Positions 23,791 through 64,000 of a stretch of DNA of 64,000 bases are shown here, piece by piece. The notes beneath the pieces were generated by a model, which was given only the letters and a program-made list of their open reading frames with translations, was not told the origin of the DNA and searched no databases. How positions within the stretch are numbered: position 1 is the stretch's first letter; each line of letters opens with the position of its first letter. The stretch is from Sphaerodactylus townsendi (Eukaryota), in NCBI RefSeq assembly GCF_021028975.2, contig NC_059427.1, forward strand, positions 141,422,001-141,486,000, written 5' to 3'. The translations under genes and the position numbers were made by a program.

Positions 23791-26700
23791 AAGGAAAGTT
23801 CCCTTGTCTCGGTCCCTTGGAAAGTCCTTATGGAAGGCTGGGGGGTGGGAGTGGATACTCGAATGTACCTTCCCCCCGCACCCATCTGGGAAGCACAGGC
23901 TAGAAAGTCCAAGCTACCTGACAAGGGGCGGTAATGCAACTGCTTGGGTGTCACTTGAGGAAGGCCCATGCAAGGGTTCACCTTCATTGTTCTGTTAGTA
24001 AAGGCGAAAATATATGACCTCTTCCCCCACCGCCACCGTCGGCTCCCCTAGGATTGGTTTTCTGGGATGGCGGTGGCCGATTGGCTGGTTCCAGAAGATG
24101 GGCGGGACTGTTGAGCTCATTTTAGCTTGGTCAGGTTATATACCTGAAGGTGGAGCAGGTGGGCTTCACCCAATCTTGATCGACCTCTAGAGTGGCTTTT
24201 TTTTTTAACACTTGGCTGCAGCTTAAGGAAAGGTCAGGACTAGTGGTGGTTCTGGGATCCTTCTGCATGCATGCAACCCCTAGAAGGTACAAGAGGGGTG
24301 GGGAAGGGCATGATCCTTCCAAAACAAGCTGTGACCTCCTAACAGCAGGACAAGACTTTTGTTTAGAAACTGCTGTACAGGACTGCTGTACTGTTACTTT
24401 CAGTACGTATTCCAATGGACTAACACGGCTAACTGCAGTTTTTGTCTGCAACCTGATGTGATTTGAAGGAATGTGCTGCCATAGGATAAGGAGTACTTGA
24501 ACATGGGAAGTGGTGTGTGTGTTTGAGTGTTTATGTATGGGTCAACTGGGAGGAAAAACCGTTCTGTAAGGAACAGCAAAAGGTATTCAGTAATCTTAGG
24601 GTATAAGCTGACCTCAGGAAATTGTGGTTATTTTATCACATTGTTGCTGTTTATTATTATGATACTATTTCAACACTATTTGTGTCTCAGTTTTTATTTC
24701 AACTCTAAGGAGGTGCTGTTTAGTGGAGATCTTTCTCCCTCCACCCCTTCTTTTAGGCCAGTGCCTTACCAAGTTATATCCTCCATGCTTGACCTCTCCA
24801 GCTTGCTCTAAAGTTGCGTCTTGTACCGCCTGGCTCCTTAAACCAGCTGCTGCATCCCGCAGGAGAGGCAGCTGCATCAGAGTGCCCTCCGGGTGTAAAG
24901 CCATTCCAGATGAGAGGGGTGTTGTGGGGATCAGAGGGGAGGTGAAGAAGAGTCCAGCATCTGGAGCATGATGGCATTTTTATTGTAACGGGTAGTGATG
25001 TCATGATGTTGACGGCATCTCCCTGGATGAATGCAGATAAGGGCTGTGTGGGAGTGTGCTGGAATCGCTCTCTGGAGAGGTTGGAGCTAAATGAGCCCAG
25101 GGGTTGGCTGGTGTTGGGGACAAATAGAGTTTGAAAGGTGAAAACTATTCCAATTTGATTTCACACTGAACTGGTGGGGGAAAGGGTCCGGCTGTCTGAC
25201 ATTCACGCACTGGGCTTAAAAATCCATCCTGCTGCATTCCCGCACTTAGGCGGGTATCACAGAGGAATGTTCAACTGACATGCAAATGTTGGTAAAATTG
25301 AGTTTTGGACAGAACTGCATGTGGAGTTCCTGTTGCCTTTGATTGCAGATGTTTGATATGTGGGGTCAGATAAGGAAGAAACAAGTAGGGGCAGAGCTTG
25401 ATTCTCTGGTGGCCTATGATCCCATAGACAAGACTGCATCTCACTGGATATATATCTCCCTGGAATTTATCATACATTGTGTTCAAGTCTATCTTCTTTG
25501 TAAATCCTTGGATGTATAGTTACTAAGAAGACAGTAGTTACTATGATGTATGTGGTTTTTTTGTAAGCGCTGAAATGCTGTAGGATCACTGCTAGGGAAG
25601 GCTGGGTCGTTTGGTATTTGGGTGAAATGTTAGAGGACATAACCTTTTAATATAAAGGAATGGCAACCATTGGCTTATGTGTGAGAAAACAAAAGGCATA
25701 CAGACAGGGTGGTTCTCCCTGACATTAGTGATCCCAGCTAATTAAGACTCAAAGCTGCTGCTGACAGCATAGTTCTGTATCTTTGTCTTCATGGATCCTT
25801 CTTGAGTTCGTCACTCAATAACTCTTAAAATAGCCGTCCACACCATGGTGCCTTCCAACACCTCTTATGTTGTTCACCAAGTGCTTTTAGAAAATGGGTG
25901 GGGCTAAGTGGAGTTTTTGCTTGACAGGACTTCTGATCGGCTGCATAGATTAAAAAGCATCCTGTTAAACAGATCTTATGCCTGCAATGTTAAAGAGTTA
26001 CTGTTGAAGTTATATGTAATTCAATCCCTGACGTTTTGTAGTTGGCGCCTTCTCCTGCGGCAGCCATTTTGTGATTGGCTCACCTTTCTACTGTGGCCAT
26101 TTTATGATTTTACCGACTACCCTTTGTCAATTCCAAAGGAGCCTGCAGTCTCAGAAAGTTGCAGGGGGGTCCCCTTTTCTAAAGTCCGGTGGAACATAGT
26201 CTTTTGTAAGGCTGATACATAGATCTTAGTTAAAGCATGTCAGCTTGGATGAGGAAAAGGATGGGGAATAGCATGTTCTTTGTCAGTGAAACTGGTTTCT
26301 TCCCTTCCTCCTTGCCTTTAGGGCTGGTTGCCCAGATGGTTTATGGGGCCTGGGATGTGTGTGACATTGGAAAGCCTTACTAGTATTTTCTATAAGGACC
26401 TATCTGTGTGTGTATGAAGCTGGGTGACCACATCTAAGAATTCTTGTTCATGCTGCCCTTATCTCTGCTGCTGCTAAGAGGGCTTTACCATGCAGTTACT
26501 GATTTAAACTTACTGACGGTTAGGGTACAGGCCTTGGTAAGGAGTAAGCCAGTAACTTTCAGCCTCTCAAGAATACCTTTTTCTCAGCTGTCTCAAGTTT
26601 CACTAAATGAACAAAAAATTAACCCTTCCCAGACAGCATGCATCTCACTACTACAAACAACCTCATGAATGTCAAATTAGAATCTATTTCATTTTATGCA

Positions 26701-28467
26701 CAGCCATGAGTAATATTTACTTCGTGGCAGCTGGAGACAGGTCCCATTCTACAGACATGTGTTGAAATTCAGTCTCAGCTTACTTTCTTGTACGCAGTTT
26801 CCTTTACAAAATGAAAACTTCAGAAATTTGAAGAATCCTGGTGAGCGCTGTCATAAGGCCAGGCCAGGGGCAGATGGTCTGTTTAGGTCCGGACCTGAGG
26901 CTGGGAGTCCTTTGCTTTGCAAGGCCCTGCCCCCATTTCTTCGGAGCAGTCCTGCTTCGCTTTCTCCCTCCAAACATGAACATGCCCCTAAAATAGAGAA
27001 GCTACCCTCATTCTGCAACCTAAACATGGTGTTTTGTAAGGCTGTTAATGAATGCTAGCTAAATACCTTTCATTATGCAAAGGTGGACAGGAGAGCCTGT
27101 ATTTTGCACTCCCATTGTTCTGTGTTGGTGTGGTCCCTGCCCTATTGGCGTAGGAGAGGTTGTTCCCCTACTGCTACAGAGTTCTCAATTGCAGTGCTTT
27201 TCCTCCCAGCCATTAATGACCACTATTCATTTATACAAGAAAGAATGAAGCAAGGCTCTCAGGGACTCCATGACAAGAATCAAGCCTGTTCCTTTCTGTA
27301 TAGTGCTGCCTCTTCACCTTAATAGTCCCCGAACTGGATTCTATCTCTTGGTCAGTCTTGTGTGGTAATATCAGCAGTTGGTTGCTGGAGCAGATATTGC
27401 CTTCATGTTTCACCAGTGGCTGACTCAGATTCCTTTGACTGCCCTATGCAGGCCTGGAAAAATACTTCTGATTGTAAGCATCAGCGCCAGCATTTGAGTG
27501 ATTCCATGCTGCTCGAGGCTAAAAGACAAGTGTGAATGTTCCTTTTGATTTGGAGTCACTGTGCGCCTGCTTCTGAGCACACTCTGTTCAATAGAGCATC
27601 ATCTCCATGCTTTCCATCCTTGCAAGAGGAATGTGGGACAGCTACTTCACTCTAATCGGTATAAAGTACACACTTAGATAAGCGAGGGTTGCAAAGTGGA
27701 GGAAACTAAAGTAGTTAAAAACTCAGTGGGGATGCTGCTGCTAACTCTGAATTGACTAAGAGAATGCAAGGAAGTAGCCATTGGCTACGAAGGAGAAAAA
27801 TCCTGGTCTGGAGTTTCAGAGAGCAGAATGGGATTGTGTAGTGATTTCAAGTTGTGGAATGGTATCCAACGTGCATGACCAGCCTGACCAGCTCCTCTTC
27901 TCCCTGCAGGTTGCAGTCTTGGCTCAAGGTTGAAATAAGAGAGACGTCCCCCACGGTTTCCAGTCTGCCTTCCCTGTGAGAGATCCATGACTCCTCAACA
28001 CACCCCATTCCCAGTGGCCCTCCAGGTACTAGGGCTTCCCCAAGGCAGGGCAACCAACTCCTGAAGGTGCTGATAGTCCCATGTTCCAGAGACCGCTGTA
28101 GAACCACACAAAGGGACTCGCTGATCACATCACACTTCCCTTTGCTGGGTCTCTGGATGCTCTTTCCTGGAGATCCTTCAGGTGCTAGTCTTGTCTCATC
28201 CTCCCTGTTGGGCCTGCTTGATTGTACCCATTGCTGTCCTGGATTTGCCACTCAGTCCTCAGTTTGTCTTCTTCTGGAGTCTGTTCTCCATGCCAGAGCA
28301 TGTCTTGTCTAGTGGCTGGCTTCTTATATGTTGTGAATCCTGTAACCCACACATTAACCTATAATGCAAGTATTCCTGTTTTCTCTGACTTCACCCCTAG
28401 AGAGAAATACTCCCAGACCCCCAAATTTTCATGTGCCTCTAACTACCAACAGTCTGCTAGTCCACCA

Positions 28468-28806
28468 GGAGCAGCGGTGGTGTAGCAGTTAAGAGCAGGT
28501 GTGCTCTTATCTGGAGAACCGGCTTTGATTCCCTGCTCTGCCACTTGAGCTGTGGAGGCTTATCTGGAGTATTAGATTAGCCTGTGCACTCCAACACTCA
28601 CCAGCTGTGTAACCTTGGGCTAGTCACTGCTCTTTGGAGCTCCTTCAGTCCCCCCCCCCCCCACCTCACAAGGTGTTTGTAGTCGGGGGAGGAGAAGGGA
28701 AAGGAGATTGTAAGCCCCTTTGAGTCTCTTTATAGGAGAGAAAGCTGGGGTATAAATCCAAACTACTACTCCTCGTCTTCTTCTTCCTCCTCCTCCTCCT
28801 CCTCCT
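28468..28806 (+). mobile_element. tRNA-derived SINE (Squam3-like) with (CTT)n(CCT)n tail
   Basis: Aligns by eye with the other copies. Confidence 0.9.
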
Positions 28807-28974
28807 TTTTCTGTGCTTTTGGGCCCTTCCGGGAAAGGAGGGTACATGGAGCATTTCCTGCCTGCTGGCTTGCATGTCTTTACGGTGTGATCTCTCAGGC
28901 AGGAATTGTTCCCCCTAGTGAACTGTATGCATCTGGGTGTTGGAGAGGTACATTTCCTAGTAATTCTCTCTATA

Positions 28975-29032
28975 GGAGTCTCCTATAGGAGAGAAAGGGG
29001 GGATATAAATCCAAAACTATTCTTCTTCTTCT
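28975..29032 (+). mobile_element. 3'-terminal fragment of the same SINE, about 60 nt before the ADCY6 ATG-exon acceptor
   Basis: gagtctcctataggagagaaaggggggatataaatccaaa followed by (TTC)n. Confidence 0.85.
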
Positions 29033-29091
29033 CTGCAGCTTTTGCTCCTGTTTATGCTGGTTTCCCTGACCTGGTTCTCCTTTCCTACAGC

Positions 29092-63964
<34,873 letters not shown>

Positions 63965-64000
63965 GTGTGTTCCTTTTGCTATTAGAGCCTCTAAATTCCA

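Noticed and set aside
22761-23998. Many overlapping Gly/Arg/Pro/Ala-rich ORFs
   Set aside because: Expected from stop-codon scarcity in a CpG island.
28906-29091. N-terminal extension of the 350-aa ORF upstream of MSWFSG
   Set aside because: It starts at a non-ATG codon, runs through a SINE fragment and a canonical acceptor, and is intronic read-through.

Overview
Vertebrate genomic DNA from a squamate, probably a gecko (inferred from the SINE, CR1, Penelope and hAT repeat set). It contains the 5' half of adenylate cyclase 6 (ADCY6) on the + strand. There is a CpG-island promoter at about 22.8-23.8 kb, a probable non-coding first exon, and ten GT-AG coding exons (29092-63964, 1947 nt, 649 codons in one continuous frame). 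These encode the N-terminus, the first membrane cluster, the C1a catalytic domain and part of C1b; the gene continues beyond the window. The rest is repeat-rich intronic and intergenic DNA: tRNA- and 5S-derived SINEs, CR1/L2/L1/RTE LINE relics, hAT and Tc1/mariner MITEs with intact TSDs, solo LTRs, Penelope-like fragments with hammerhead-ribozyme cores, and a decayed DIRS1-type tyrosine-recombinase retrotransposon. There are two N gaps. The best leads are: (i) an RFX X-box pair plus forkhead site at 4.2 kb, followed by a strong-Kozak ATG and a chain of small exon-like segments that could be an unannotated ~96-aa ciliary/sperm-type gene (speculative); (ii) an octamer plus X-box cluster in an ADCY6 intron; (iii) a poly-Arg uORF in the putative first exon; (iv) an intronic fold-back Penelope element with two hammerhead cores; (v) an unexplained 178-bp palindrome. 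All calls were made by eye, without searches. Repeat family names are resemblance-level.
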